A stretch of 64,000 bases of DNA, from assembly GCF_009914755.1 (NCBI RefSeq), contig NC_060931.1, one strand, 5' to 3'. The position numbers and the translations under genes are program-made. Positions within the stretch are counted from its first letter, which is position 1, and the number at the start of each line of letters is the position of its first letter. This DNA is from the human T2T-CHM13v2.0 reference genome, Homo sapiens. Positions 42,373 to 55,510 of this stretch are shown one piece after another. The notes beneath the pieces were generated by a model that worked only from the letters and a program-made list of their open reading frames with translations, was not told the DNA's origin and searched no databases.

Positions 42373-45300
42373 TTGGTGCTGCCAACTGCGTGGAGAATCA
42401 CCTGCCCACCTTTCCACTCAGCCACCTTGTGCCTTGACCTTTGTCCTCATGGCCCTAGAAACCATGTCCCCAGACCACAGTCAAAGGAAGAAAAGGAAAT
42501 TTATCCCCGTGTGTCTTTTTTGTTGTTGTTAGGGGACGCACGTTTTTCTTAAATCCCTAGCCGACTTCTCCCATTCACTGGCATGTGGGAAGGGGATACT
42601 TCTGACTGAACTAGACCAACTGCAGCTCATGGCCTGGGGCCATGCCCTGAGTTAAACCAGGTTCTGCTATGAAGAAACAAGAGGCAGCCACTGTCCGATG
42701 GGTTAGCACAGTCTGCTGCGCACCTCAGCGAGGAACAAACTGTGCACATGGACAAATGTGATGGACTTAGCGGGAGAAGGGGCCCAGGACAGGTGGGGAG
42801 AAGACGAGAGGAAGGCCCTGCATGGTAGCCGAGGGCAGCAGGATCCCCCACACGCATCTCCAGGGTGGGAAATGACTTTCCGCAGTAGGCAGGCAACTGT
42901 TGCAAGAATGAGCCCAATGGAGGAAGGAGGCTTGGCTATCTCACAGTATTGACACACGTACTCACACACATATGTTAATTCTTACATATACGACGTATAC
43001 GTAAGCTTAAGGAGCAGGTAGGCAGGCACAAGAAGCCTAGCTGTGGCCTACTGGGAGCCTCTAAAGGGAGCCACCACTGAGAGGCAGTGTCAGTTCTGTG
43101 AGGATGGGGGCTAGGAAGGCTGGCATGGGCAGGTCAGCTATTCATGGGAGCAAAATACAGGGGTTTGGTGGAAAAGAGGCAAACTATGCCAAGCATCCTC
43201 TGTGTTTGGGGCAGACTAGCCCACGCACATCGACCAGCACCTCTGAGCTGTGTGCCGTAGAACAAGCCACTTGCCTTTTGCCAGGATGAGCAGCTGCCTT
43301 GCAGGATTGCCATGTGTTCAGAATTGGACTCAAACCCCACTGAAGCTCACTGCTAAACACTGAGGGGTGGGGGACACAAGAGAGGTCCATCTGCAACCCT
43401 AAGAAGCATCCTTTACAGAGCAGACGGCACATTCAGACACATGCCCACAGCGCGGCTCCCTGACTGATGGCTGGCTGGGATAAGGGCAGGTCTGTGAGGA
43501 CAAGCAGCCTCATCAAGACCATGGGGACAAACAGGAGGCGTCCCCCAAAGCAAATAAGCCAGCAGCCTGAGCAGGACAAAAGCCAGCACTAGAGATGGGC
43601 AGGGCTCCCGAGTCGTGACAGCTCTGTCCCTGCTCCCTCTACCGGCTCCTCCCCTCTCAGCCTGCACGTGCTTCTCCCACCTTACAAAGAACCAACTGAA
43701 AACGTCCATTAAACTGAATCCATCCCCTCGCTACCAGCTCGCCTTAATTGTCGGGTGGGCTCGGAAGTGCCACAGTAAGAATTAAGCGCCAGAATCTAAG
43801 CTGAGCCCCTAAAAAGGCCACACACAGTCAGACGCAGCCAAGGCAGGTCTCACGCTAAGGCGGGTCTCCTGCTGTCCTGCTCCCTCCTCACCTCTGTGTC
43901 TCTGCCTCCAGCCATCCCGGCACAGAGTCGAGCACACGGGTTGCTCTTGATGTCTTGGGTGGGAAGTGACGCCTGTCCTCTCTCTTTGGTGAAACCCCAT
44001 CATGTGGTCCCACCCTGACCGCAGGGGTGGGCTGGGAGAGGCAGAGGAGCTCCTGGCTCTTGCACAAGCACCAAGCTCCTGGCACAGATGCATCCACCTG
44101 CGCTTCTGACCCCAGGGCCTTGAAGGAAGTTCGCTGGCTCCTCAGCCACTGCCCCACACGCTTTCCTTCCCTTCCTGGCTACTGAAGCTGCTCTCTTGGA
44201 AATCACCAATGACCTGCCAAGTCCAAAGCCTGGCCGGACCTCCAGGGCTGATCGTCCCCTCTCTTGAGGGACTCTTCTGGGCCTCTGTGACCCATATGCC
44301 TCCTTGGCCTCTTTCATGGACCCTGGGCCTCTGCCCTCCCTCGTGTGCCAGCCATACCCAGCTGTCTGTCTCCAGATGCCGTGCCTGGTCTGGCTGATGC
44401 CGTCCAGGGCTATAGCTGCTGCCTGTGTCACCTGACGAGCCCTAACACCCATTTGCAGCTGACAGTGCCCTGAGCCCAGGCTCCCCTTGGAGCTTGCAGG
44501 CCCGGAAACCCGCAAGCTCTGGACAGAACATGCAGCCTCACTGCTTTCCTCCTTGTGCGTCTCTACAGGAGTTGGTGTCTAAAAGGGACAAAGGCACACT
44601 CCAGGTGGAGAGGGGCACAAATGAAGTTAAAACCAAGTTAGACAGGGCTGGGACGGGCAGACAGCCTGGCAGAGGAGGGAGGCAGTGTTTGCGCAGGTGG
44701 ACGGGGTGTGAATTGGGGGGTGAGGTTGGCCCTGATCTGGCAAGCAGTTTGAGTTTTCTGAAGTCTCTAGCAAGGGAATGACATAATAAAAGTGGTGATG
44801 GAAACATCTGTGCAGCAGCCGCTTTGACAGATCTGCAATCACAGCTCTAATGGCCACAGGGGACACTTCAGGCCACTGCCCTGGGCCAAAGCCAGAGCGC
44901 AGCCCAGCCCAGGAGAGTGATGGAGAGACCAGCGCTCCAGAAGGGAGAAAGGCTGTCCAGAGACCCAGAGGTTGGCGCCCTTCCTTGGATGCTTTTTCAT
45001 TTTGCTATTTGTCCTTTAAGCTAACAAACACTCAACTCCAGCTCTGATTTGCTGACACCTGAGCTGAGGGCCTAGGGACCTGCTACCCCCGCCCAGTACT
45101 TTCTGACTGTCCACCCCCAGTGCCAAGAGCTCTCCACCTGTCAGACGACCCAGGGAGAGCGGGGAAGTGCCTAGAGGCATCCCAGGACTGCGATGGCTAC
45201 ACCACGAGTGCTGTCAACTCCTTAGTTCATGAGTCCTACCAGAAGCCCGGAGACCTCATGACCTATTCACACTGTCCTGCCTCCCACCCAACCATGCTCC

Positions 45301-45579
45301 CAGGAGCAAGTGGGTCAGGGGCAGAGCCAGGAGGTGGGGGCAGTGTCAGGATGGTCAGGGTTTGGTCCCAGGACGTGGGGGCAGGGCCAGCAGGTGGGGG
45401 TAAGGCCTCAAGGTTGTAGAGAGACAGGGACTCCTTCCCCATCTGTGAAGCATGGGGAGGCTGCAGTGGGGACTCCAAGGTAACACACCTGCCCTCTGCC
45501 TCACTGAAAACAACAGAAGATCATGGCTGAGAGGCCGAGCATCCTGTCTGCTGTGTGGCCATAGCTTTCCTGGACATTT

Positions 45580-46360
45580 GCTGTGTCTGTTCTCTGGCTG
45601 CTGTCTATGGCCAGGGGGGCTTAAGCAATGGGATTTATCCCTTCACAGTTCTGGAGGCTGGGAGCCTAAGTCAAGGTGTGTGTGAGCCCGCAGTCCATCT
45701 GTATTAGTCCGTTCTCACACTGCTAGAAGGAACTACCTGAAACTGGGTAACTTATGCAGAAAAAAAGTTTAATTGACTCACAGTTCTGTAGGCTCTACAG
45801 GAAGCATGGCTGGGGAGGCCTCAGGAAACTTACAATCATGGCAGAAGGTGAAGAGGAAGCAGGCACGTCTTACATGGCATCAGGAAGGAAAGAGTGAAGG
45901 GGAAGTGCTACACACTTTTCAACAACCAGATCTCGTGAGAACTCATTCACTATCGCAAGAATAGCAATGGGAAGTCTGCCCCTACGATTCAATCACCTCC
46001 CACCAGGCCCCTCCTCCAACATGTGGGGATTACAATTCAACAGGAGATTTGGGTGGTAACAAGAAGCCAAACCATATCACCATCTGAAACCTGGGGGAGC
46101 CCTTTCTGCCCTGCAGCCTCAGGGATCACAGGCACCAGGGCATCCCCATCTCAGCTCCACCAGCTCCCTGGGTCTCCGTCATCACTGGGCCTTCTTTTAA
46201 GGACACCAGTCATTCTGGACTGAGGGCCCACATGAATGACCTCATCTTAAATAATTACACCTGCCATGACCCTATTTCCAAGTCAGGTCACATTCTGAGG
46301 TCCTGGGGGTCAGGACTTCCACAAACCATTTTTGCCGGGAACATCATACAACCCTTAACA
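45580..46360 (-). mobile_element. MLT1-type MaLR LTR split by MSTA
   Basis: cacagttctggaggctgggagcctaagtcaaggtg ... aatgacctcatcttaa...gtcacattctgaggtcctgggggtcagg. Confidence 0.8.
45700..46079 (-). mobile_element. MSTA-type MaLR solo LTR
   Basis: tgtattagtccgttctcac...ccaaaccatatca; perfect TSD ccatc (45695-45699, 46080-46084). Confidence 0.9.
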
Positions 46361-47491
46361 GTTACTATAGGATTAAATGAAATCCTACAGTGTATTTTAA
46401 AACTCTATCTAATTGCACCTGAAATAAATTCTTCATCTTGTCTAATTCCCCAATTAGCCCTGGCCTGATAACTTGATTTTCATTCCTGTGTGACCCCTGG
46501 CACTCCTGACCCACTAACCTGATGCTGATGATGGCATCATGTGTCTGGATTGGGGACCTTCCTAACGTTGACAGGTGATTCATCTGATAATGGTTTTGAG
46601 TGGCTATTGTGTGCAGATCCTACTCAGGTATTATAGTATCTCCAGGAACTGTAATAAACAGCAATTTCAGACTCAACTCATCTCCTTTATCTGTGACACT
46701 GTGTGAATGGGAACACAATGGACCAAAAGAACACTCAGCCCATGCCAAAATCTCCCAAAGGACACAGAGGTGTCACTGTAACTTCTCACATATGCGCTGC
46801 ACGAGGACTCGGCTGGGCTGCAGATCTGAAACCTTTGTTCTTCCAACTTCACTTACAGCAGTAAAGCCCATTTATCAAAATCTATTTCCTTTAAATGATG
46901 GTAGGAACGGGGAAGAAGTGAGGTGGGGGAGAAACTTACAGGAAGAGTCTTGTCAAAAGGAGACATTTTGGAGTCAACAATGGTAGGTGGGAGGTTGGTG
47001 GGAAGTGAAGCTCAAACACAGTTCGCTCAACAACCTGTACTCAGTAACAACAGACATGTTCATCTCACTAAAAAGGAGAAAACCAAAGGCGAGGCGCCCA
47101 GATCGTGGATAAGTCCCAGGAGAGAGTAAAAGCAGAGTGCTGAGACCAGCTATCACCCTGATTTGGAACACTGGCTCAGGCCACTTTAGAAAGGGGGACT
47201 GGGGATGACCTATGCCCAGGCACTAGTGTGTTTCAAGAAAAAGGTGTCAGAGGACTGCAAGTTCACAGACACCTGAAGACAGTGGGGTCTGCTACTGTGT
47301 GGGAGGCTCCCTCTCATTTATCCGTCAAGGCCCGCTAAAGTGTCTCCATTTATCACAACACCTCTCCGAGCCAGTCCGGCCTACCACTAACTCATCTTTC
47401 TCCAACTCTGTCCGTACCTACGGCCTGTGTTGTTCCATTCAGCACATCAATCGTGGAGAAGGCAGGACATATCCATTCCTTGATAGTCCTA

Positions 47492-48254
<763 letters not shown>

Positions 48255-49056
48255 CTGTCATGATTTGTAGTCATCCACACTCGCTTAGATATCAGTGCAT
48301 GTGAGTGAGGCTCAAAGAGTACCAGCTAATTGTTAAATCCTGTGGCAAGTCACTCTGTGACGTGAGTCATTACTCACTGACTTTTTTGAAACCAAATGTT
48401 TCTGTCTTAGACCTGCTCAAAGGAAGAACTGGCCGAAGCTCTGGTTCCTTCTTATTCTGATTATGGAGCCAGAGTTAAGTGCTGCTGCCCAGAGATTCTC
48501 ATTTCTCCACAGCCTCCTTTTTCTCTCAGCCATTTTCCTCTAGAAGCAGAGCCTGAGGCAAGGATTAAGATCAAGGTGAGGTAGGGCAGGAGAAGCAGCA
48601 ATGAAATGAGTTGTCATGCTGGCTGCTGATGCATGACAAGCTGCAAATAATAACATAATAATCAGAATAAAGAGCAGGGGAGCTTAGAAAGCATGTTCAC
48701 TTGGCTCATGGGACTCCTCCAGGAGGGTTCTAGAAAGGAACTATATGTGGGGGGATCCATAGCCATCATCAAGGAGGAGGTTTCTGCCCAGCTTCCTCAA
48801 AGCCACAGTTCCTACTGGTCAAGTATTACTCTGTGGAGAGCTAAACTCCCCCAAACTTCTAGGCTGTATCATGCAGCCCCTTGTCATCATTCATGAGGCC
48901 AAGCTTCCTGCCCAAATTTTAGGATATTCTTGAGGTAAGGGGAATACGCCTGCAATGACCCCACCAAAACCCCATTAGCAACGGCAAAGCTTAAATAAAT
49001 CAGAAGCTTCATCAATAAAGTTTAGAACTCTTGTTCTTCAAGATCTCTCTTCCTAT

Positions 49057-49364
49057 TCTTTCTTTCTTTCTTTTTTTTCTGGAGATAGAGTCTCACTCTA
49101 TTGCCCAGGCTGGAGTGCAGTAGCACGATCCTGGCTCACTGCAGCCTCTGTCTCCTGAGTTCAAGCGATCCTCCTGCCTCAGCCTCCCTTAGTAGCTCGG
49201 ATTACAGGCACACGCCATCATACCTGGCTAATTTTTATATTTTTAGTAGAGACAGGGTTTCGCCATGTTGGCCAGGCTGCTCTTGAACTCCTGGGCTCAA
49301 GTGATCTGCCCACCTCAGCCTCCCAAAGGGCTGAGATTGTAGGCGTGAGCCACTGCACCTGGCC
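49057..49364 (-). mobile_element. AluJ
   Basis: Antisense dimer; TSD tcttcaagat. Confidence 0.92.
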
Positions 49365-49859
49365 AGTCTTCAAGATTTTTCCAAACAGACCAAGAAGGCT
49401 GCAGTTGGTGCCAGGACTAAGTCAATGGACAAGGACAGCCCGTGCCTGAAGAAACAGCGACTCTGTAGCCTTGCTCTTTCTTCCCATCCTGGGCCACTGT
49501 GTCATGATTCTTACCCACTCCTAATCCAATCCCCACTTGCAAGACCTCAACAGACTTGGAGTTCTAATGCACTGTGGCCTTCCTGTCCCCCTGAGATGCT
49601 CCAAAGCTCCATGGAGGGTGTCCCCCCAGTGCAGGGAGCAATGATGCTATCTGGTTTTACCAAAGGGCTGTGTCAGCTGTGCTGGGCAGGCAGCTTTCCA
49701 CAGTGTTTTACTGCATTTAAGAGTCACAAGAAGAAACTAACCCAGGCAGAAAGACTGTGAACAAACCTCAGTCAAGCAAAGAAGAGAAGACAAGTGAAAG
49801 TAAACATCAAAGAAAATGGCCCAGGAACTTTGAATGCAGTTGATGCTGTGGTTGTAGAC

Positions 49860-50302
49860 TGCGCTGGGTTAGACAGTGCCCCCACTAATTCATTTCCTTT
49901 CCAGAACCTCAGAAGGTGACCTTATTTGGAAACAGAGTCATTGCAGATGTAGTCACTTAAGTTGAGGTCGCAGTGGAGTAGGGTGGGCTCTTAATCTCCT
50001 TTGACTGCTGTCACTTTAAGAAAAGAAAAAGAGACAGACACACACAGAGGAAGGCCACAGGATGATGAAGGCAGAGGCTGAAGTTACGCATCTACGAGCC
50101 AAGGAACCCCAGGGTTTGTGGGCAACTGCCAGAAGCTAGGAGGGAGGCCTGGAACAGAGCCCTCCCAGAGCCTTCAGAGGGAGCATGGTCCTGCTGACAC
50201 CCTGATTCCAACTTCCAGCCTCCAGAATTGTGGGAACAGGAATCCGGGCAGCTTAGGCCATGCAGCCTGTGGTGCCTGTGTGACAGCCCCTGAAACTAAC
50301 CT
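49860..50302 (+). mobile_element. MLT1C-type MaLR LTR
   Basis: cagaacctcagaaggtgaccttatttggaaa...ccagaagctaggaggg...gacagcccctgaaactaa. Confidence 0.85.
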
Positions 50303-50512
50303 GTGGGCCATGAAGGCACGGATGCTGCAGCCGCATCTGGGGAGGTGTGGCGGAAACACGAGGTGGGCAGGTGGCACTGCTTGCGGGGCTGGGGTGCTGG
50401 GCTGACATGGCCGAGGGTGCACCCCCACCCCATAGAGTGGGCACCTAACCTGCTGGCCCCAGAGTGCGTGTGTCCACTGCTAGGGACCACGGAGGCCAAA
50501 TTCAGTACCTTT

Positions 50513-51216
50513 TGAGAAATAAAGCTAAAATTCTAAGCCCCTAACCAACTGAAAGAACCCCCTCTTGGCCACGGGGACCCCAGAAAAACCTTAAAACTGA
50601 GTTCCCGGCCATAATGGGATGAGAGGTCGGATGTGCCTCATTACACCCCCTCCCTTGCTAACCACCATTAGGCTTCCTTCCCCAAGGGTTAAATGGAAAC
50701 CTGCCCTTTTGAAAGACTTGCTCCATTCCTGAGATCAACCAGCTGTCTGATGCTGCCCCTTCCTTTTGCAGGTTCGACACAACCGACCAGCATTCCTTCC
50801 TGATAAGAGACCCCTGACCATGGAGTGGCTCTGACTAGCCTATGGAGGCTGCACACAGACAGTCTTCGCATCCTTGGCTTCACCCTCTGACATATAGGGC
50901 CTACTGTAATCCATTTAAAGGTTAAGTCTCCACCCCAGCGTGAACATGGATGCATGCTGCACACAATTAGCCAATTATGCATGTCTATGCTTCCTCTTTG
51001 TGAATATTCATAGCTCCTCCTATAACCTGTTGAATATGTACATTTGGCCACGCTGTTCAGCATAAATCCCTGTCTTCCACTCTCGCAGTGCCTGTTTCCA
51101 GCATCTGGCTAGAGACTATGCTTCCCAGCCTGTCAGAATGGTGACCTGCTGGCTGCAGCCTTTTTAAAGAAGTGATCCTTTCCAAATGTAGGAACCTTAT
51201 CATTCTTCAACTGACA
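50513..51216 (+). mobile_element. ERV1 solo LTR (MER4 family)
   Basis: TG...CA ends with 4-bp TSD cttt (50509-50512, 51217-51220); aaattctaagcccc, aaaactgagttcccggcc. Confidence 0.8.
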
Positions 51217-52539
51217 CTTTGCTGGTCACTGAGCAAGGTGTGCTGGGAGGAGTGAGGGCTCTGAGGTCTCGCAGGTTTTCTGGGGAGCTTGATTCTTATG
51301 GAGTGACCTACAAATAGCACATGTATTGAAAACACATCAACCAGTCTCAGAGCAGCCCTGTCTCTTGGGTTTTAGGAGTTCGACCTGGAGCTGTAGGGGG
51401 GTGAGATAGAAAGTGGCCTCCCTCCTGGAGAACCCAGTGAACAAACCACCATGCCCCACGCCCCATCCCCGACTTTAGCATTAAGCGTTGCAGAGGCTGA
51501 GAAGTAGGGGTTCCAGCCACGGTTGGGTCTTGTGTTGACCATTTTCCAGTGCAACCACAGGCTCCCTAAGATTCAAGCAGCACTGTGGGCTTATGACCTC
51601 ACACATTTACCATTGCAGAAATTATGCCAAAGCATGATCAAATTATCTGCCCACAATGTATAGGTTGCTTACAAAAATAACCAGCCCTCCTCTGTTCCTT
51701 ACTTCAGGCTCTAAGATCTGCCTGATTTCTACTACTGTAAGAACATAGAAAGTAATCTCATTACATGCATGATTTTTACCCTATCTTCATTCCAGCTATG
51801 TTATTCTTTATGCTTTTCCCTTAGCTAAAATTTCGATTTCCGCTTTACATTTTTGGCATTTTAAAATAAAACATTATATCACTTCTATCAGCACCACGTT
51901 TCTTGTCTTTCCAAGTCTGCTGATGCTTTCAAAATCCCCACGTCCCAAACTCAGCACCATTAAATTGGAGTGAGGCTGGTGGTGGAATGGGAGGTGGGTG
52001 CTTAGGGATTATTCCACTTCCTCCTTTCCTCCTGCACTCTGTTCCAAAGCCAGAGAGCTCCGTGTCCTTTTGCTGTATCTGAACAACTGTGGGAGGAATC
52101 ATTTTGTATGCATGCAGTACACACAATGCCATCTTTCCTAGAAGTCTCAGGCTCTGGGGTATATATCAATATCACCTGAGGAGCCTGTTAAAACTTTCGA
52201 TTCCAAGACTCAGGCCATTGAGTCATTCGCTTCACTGGTTTGTAAATATCTTTGTACATTAGGGATATTAGTCCTCCATCAATTCATCATCTCCTTCTGG
52301 TCTAGCACGTGTTTTTCACGTTTATATTGTTGTTTTGTTTCATTTTCTATTTGGAGTGGGAAGCTGTATGGAAGTGGTCATCTTGATGTCATCAATGATA
52401 ATTGCCTCTGTCCCTTCACAGTTTCTGGACCCGGTCGGGCTTACATATGACCCACTGAAATCCCTGGGTCAGTATAGCCATCATCTTGTATTCAGAAGCA
52501 TCAGCCCACATTTTAGAAAGCATTGAAAAACAAGTTAAG

Positions 52540-52815
52540 TTGTTGGTGAATTAATTTCAAACAATTTGCTCAGTGCCTTCAGGCGCCATTCTAGACCCTG
52601 AGAAAGCTTTGAATAAAACAGAATTCCTGTCCTCAGACAGTTTACACTCTGGTGGGGAGAGACAGGCAAGTGAACCAGTAAATAGACAGTATATCCTGTG
52701 GGGAATCAGTAGTGTAGATGCCTGCAAGGAGATTGCTACTACTTTACCCAGGGTGTCAAAGGAAGGCCTTTCTACTAAGGTGAGTCCTTTCAGGAAATCT
52801 GAAGAGGTGTCTGGA
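52540..52815 (-). mobile_element. L2 fragment
   Basis: ttcaaacaatttgctcagtgcc...aataaaacagaattcctgtcctc...gtcaaaggaaggcctttct. Confidence 0.6.
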
Positions 52816-53302
52816 GAGGCTGCCTGGGAGCCAGCGGTGTGCTTATATTCCCAACACACATAATGCCCCTTTCAGGGGGTCATCTCTTCTATCCCTCTCC
52901 CACCATCCTACACAGCACAAGAACTGGGCTTCAATCTCTGGTATGACGCTCCCAAACTCTCCAAAATCTTCTCCAACCAAAACTCACCTTCTAGAATCTT
53001 CCCTTCACTCACCTGGACCCCCGTTATGCATTTCTCTCTTAGACATTCTTCATTCTTTCTAACAGGAATGCATCCAGCTCTCCTCTACCTCATCAATATA
53101 GCAAAGCTCTGAGAATCAAGCCTGCAAACTTTGAGAGAAGGCAAGAAAGGCTGTGGATATTTATATCACAAACAAACATATTTTTTGCACCTTCTAGAAA
53201 GGCCTGACATCCCAAGATTTAGATATTCAAATGTTTTGGAGGTACATTACTTAAAACACTTAAAGTTTAGTTCCACACGGAAATTATTTTGGTGTGACCA
53301 AG

Positions 53303-53576
53303 AGCCAGGTGTGGTGGTTCACACCTAAATCCCAGCACTTTGGGAGGCTGAGGTGGGAGGATCGCTTGAGTACAGGAGCTTGAGACTAGCCTGGGCAATA
53401 CACTGAGACCCAATTTCTACAAAAAGTTAAAAAATTAACCAGGCATGGTGGTGTGCATCTGCAGTTCCACCTATTGCGGGCAAAGGGCAGGAGGATCGCT
53501 TGAGCCTGGGAAGTTGAGGCTCTGCAGTGATTCTGCCACTGTACTCTGGCCTGGATGACAGAGACCCTGTCTCTAA
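53303..53576 (+). mobile_element. AluJ
   Basis: Dimer. Confidence 0.9.
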
Positions 53577-53584
53577 ATGAATGA

Positions 53585-53640
<56 letters not shown>

Positions 53641-53872
53641 GGGAGGGAGGGAGGGAGGGAGGGAGGGAGGGAGGGAGGGAGGGAAGGGAAGGGAAGGGAA
53701 GGGAAGGAAGGAAAGGAAGGAAAGAAGGGAAGAAAGGAAGGAAGGAAGGTAAGCAAGGAAGGAAGGAAGGAAGGAAAGAAAGAAGGAAAGAAAGAAAGGA
53801 AAGAAAGGAAGGAAAGAAAGGAAAGGAAAGAAAGAAGGAAAGAAAGAAAGAAAGAGAAAGAAAGAGAGAGAA
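53577..53872 (+). repeat. Compound purine microsatellite (GAAA)n(GGGA)n(GGGAA)n(GGAA/GAAA)n from Alu tail
   Basis: Direct reading. Confidence 0.95.
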
Positions 53873-53974
53873 ATGACCAAGGAGCCACTTTTATCTATTT
53901 TTTCGTAAATGGCTAGCTGGCTATCCCATTATTGGTTTATAGATCCCTAAGATCTATTCCATTAAAGCAGAGTC

Positions 53975-54170
53975 TCAGCACCTGGACTAAAAGTGGACTT
54001 CGGAGTTCAACCACCTGACTTCACATTTTGGCTTTACCACTTGGTAGCTGTGTGGCCTTTGTTCCACAACTTAAGCCCTCGTGCCTCAGTTTCTAGTTTG
54101 GTAAACATTGTACAAATAGAAGAGTTGCTATGAAGATTGAAAGAATTACATACAATGCACTTAGAACACA
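53975..54170. mobile_element. MIR
   Basis: tagctgtgtggcc...gtgcctcagtttc...gttgctatgaagattgaa...gcacttagaaca. Confidence 0.7.
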
Positions 54171-54440
54171 CACAGACTTTTATAAGGAGCAAAATTTAGC
54201 AACACGACATTAGATCATTCTGGAGGTCCTGCCTTGCTGACTGTGTAAGATTCTTTTTGCTTTTTTAAAAGACTTTAATCTTATTATTGGCAGTTCATGA
54301 ACACACAGACATGCACTTTCCTTTCCTCATCTCCAAAGGCAAGATCACCCTAAACCAACTTGCAAAATCTTTTGAAGCTAAAGATTCACTGTTCTGGAAG
54401 CTCCTGCAGCCACTCAGCCACGTAATAATTCTTGTGGCAC

Positions 54441-54645
54441 AAGGTCAGCCAGGTAAACATTTCAGGCTTTGTAGGCCATGGGGTCTCTGTTGCACCTGCT
54501 CAGTTCTGCTGTTGAAGTGTGGAAGCGGCAGGAGAGGAACACACAGATGGGCGTGACTGTGTCTCCATGACAGCTTTGTTTACAAAAAGAGGTGGCACGC
54601 CAGATTTTGTCCCGGGGCTGATTTTGTCATTTGCTGACTGCTGCA
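54441..54645 (+). mobile_element. MER58-type hAT fossil
   Basis: gtaaacatttcaggctttgtaggcca...gggcgtgactgtgtctcc...tttacaaaaagagg. Confidence 0.7.
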
Positions 54646-54689
54646 TTAGAGGGAGAGACGGAAAAGTGGGGCATTGTTTTGGTTGGGGT

Positions 54690-54930
54690 GTTTGACTCTG
54701 ATCATCAAAGGGAAGTAGGTTTGATATTCCATGGTGGCTAGGAGTATGATGAGAACGCCAGCCACACTACGAATCCTCACGCTACTGTACCTCTGACCAG
54801 AGGCAAATGTTAGTGAAAGACTACGGCAACTCCATACAGGCAGCCTCTGAGAGGTAAGATCCTTCCAGAAGAAAGGTCTGGTTCTCTTCCCTGGGCAAAA
54901 AACACCAGCCAGCCTAGGTACTTGCTGGTC
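54690..54930 (+). mobile_element. ERVL internal-region fragment
   Basis: agatccttccagaagaaaggtctggttctcttccctgggcaaaaaacaccagccagcctaggtacttgctg resembles ERVL-int 3' region. Confidence 0.4.
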
Positions 54931-55090
54931 CCAAGATCAGCTGTGGAATCCAGAACCATGGTCCCCATCTGTGTTCCCCCTCCTGTCTTAGAGTGTCTTA
55001 GAAGATTGAATTACCTCTTTTTCCTTTTTCATTTCTCCCTCTGAAATGACAGTGATCATAATTTTCATCTTCCTGCTTTCTTTCCCCTTA

Positions 55091-55510
<420 letters not shown>

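Noticed and set aside
53386-53916. Lys/Glu/Arg-rich and Phe/Leu/Ser-rich ORFs (also 62571-63085)
   Set aside because: Microsatellite translations.
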